This document shows, one piece after another, positions 63,427 through 64,000 of a stretch of 64,000 bases of DNA. The stretch lies in the NCBI GenBank assembly GCA_963422395.1, contig OY729431.1, forward strand, positions 2,560,001-2,624,000, read 5' to 3'. The DNA is from Vicinamibacteria bacterium. GTDB taxonomy: Bacteria; Acidobacteriota; Vicinamibacteria; Marinacidobacterales; Marinacidobacteraceae. Position 1 is the first letter of the stretch, and each line of letters opens with the position of its first letter. The translations under genes were made by a program, and so were the position numbers. Below the pieces are notes generated by a model. It saw only the letters and a program-made list of their open reading frames with translations, was not told the origin of the DNA and made no database searches.

Positions 63427-64000
63427 ATGGCGCGGGAGTACTCTTGCCTCGTGCGCCGCCGTGCGAACCGGTTTCGACCCTTCGCGTTCCTCGTTTTCGG
63501 CTTCGCGGGGGCCTGTGGCAGTGACCGAGATCCAGCACTCTCAGCTGCCCAGACAGCAGCACCTCCCCGCAGTCCGCTAGACGACGCATCGCAGGGCGTC
63601 GGCGCCGAAGTCTGCGGCGCCTGCCACGCCGAGATCGCGGCGGCGCAGGTGGAACACCCGATGGCCCGCACTGCTGCGGCAGTGACCGGGGCGACTCGGG
63701 AGCGCTGGTTCTCGGAAGCGATGCTCGACCGCCCGGTCTTCTGGCCGGAGAGCCTCGGCCCCCAGCCGTCCTACAGGAGCGGGGCCGAAGGGGAGGGGGC
63801 CGGGGAGGTTCGCTTCGGGGCCGCCGGAGAGGATGCGTCGGCGGTTCCGGTGGACGCCGTGTTCGGATCCGGGCTACGCGGGCTGACCCCGGTGTCCTTC
63901 GCCGGTGGAGGGCAGCTGCGGGAACTGCGCCTTTCGTTCTCGAGGGCCCGCGACGGCTGGATTCCGACCCCTGGGAGCGAGGAAGACGAAGACCCGCTGG
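63427..64000 (+). CDS. Lipoprotein c-type cytochrome (cytochrome c554-like N-terminus), runs off the window
   Basis: Manual translation: lipobox-like FAGAC, GAEVCGACHAEI (CxxCH), HPMAR, FGSG, W..TPG. Confidence 0.8.
   Translation, partial: MAREYSCLVRRRANRFRPFAFLVFGFAGACGSDRDPALSAAQTAAPPRSPLDDASQGVGAEVCGACHAEIAAAQVEHPMARTAAAVTGATRERWFSEAMLDRPVFWPESLGPQPSYRSGAEGEGAGEVRFGAAGEDASAVPVDAVFGSGLRGLTPVSFAGGGQLRELRLSFSRARDGWIPTPGSEEDEDPL

Overview
Very GC-rich (roughly 70% by eye) chromosomal segment of a diderm bacterium. LptD, an Oar-type TonB-dependent receptor, CRTAC1/TPR/CxxCH proteins and a murC-ftsQ junction suggest Acidobacteriota (inference). Most of it is housekeeping: dnaG-rpoD-tRNA(CAT)-zinc-ribbon protein-radical SAM, a dcw cluster (mraZ to ftsZ-pgeF), a ychF-like gene, a type IIA topoisomerase pair, yggS, a DinG-family helicase, glyA, lptD and a NifU/NfuA protein. 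Accessory parts: (1) a small catabolic cluster (GS-like ligase, P450, FAH, gamma-glutamyl hydrolase) containing a collapsed R-M remnant; (2) an IS481 inserted at the dnaG stop codon, plus a solo IS481 end about 39 kb away; (3) a ~8.5 kb defence island at 15.1-23.5 kb. The island is the main finding. An Eco57I-like adenine methyltransferase is split by a perfect (CT)14 microsatellite that puts its C-terminal specificity region out of frame; 12 or 15 units would restore it. The gene sits 1 nt upstream of a PLD-nuclease/SNF2-helicase fusion. It is divergent from an internally deleted AlbA_2/RecG-C wHTH protein, with two palindromic operator-like sites between them. This is a candidate phase-variable two-gene restriction-like system. 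All calls come from motif recognition by eye; no database searches were run.
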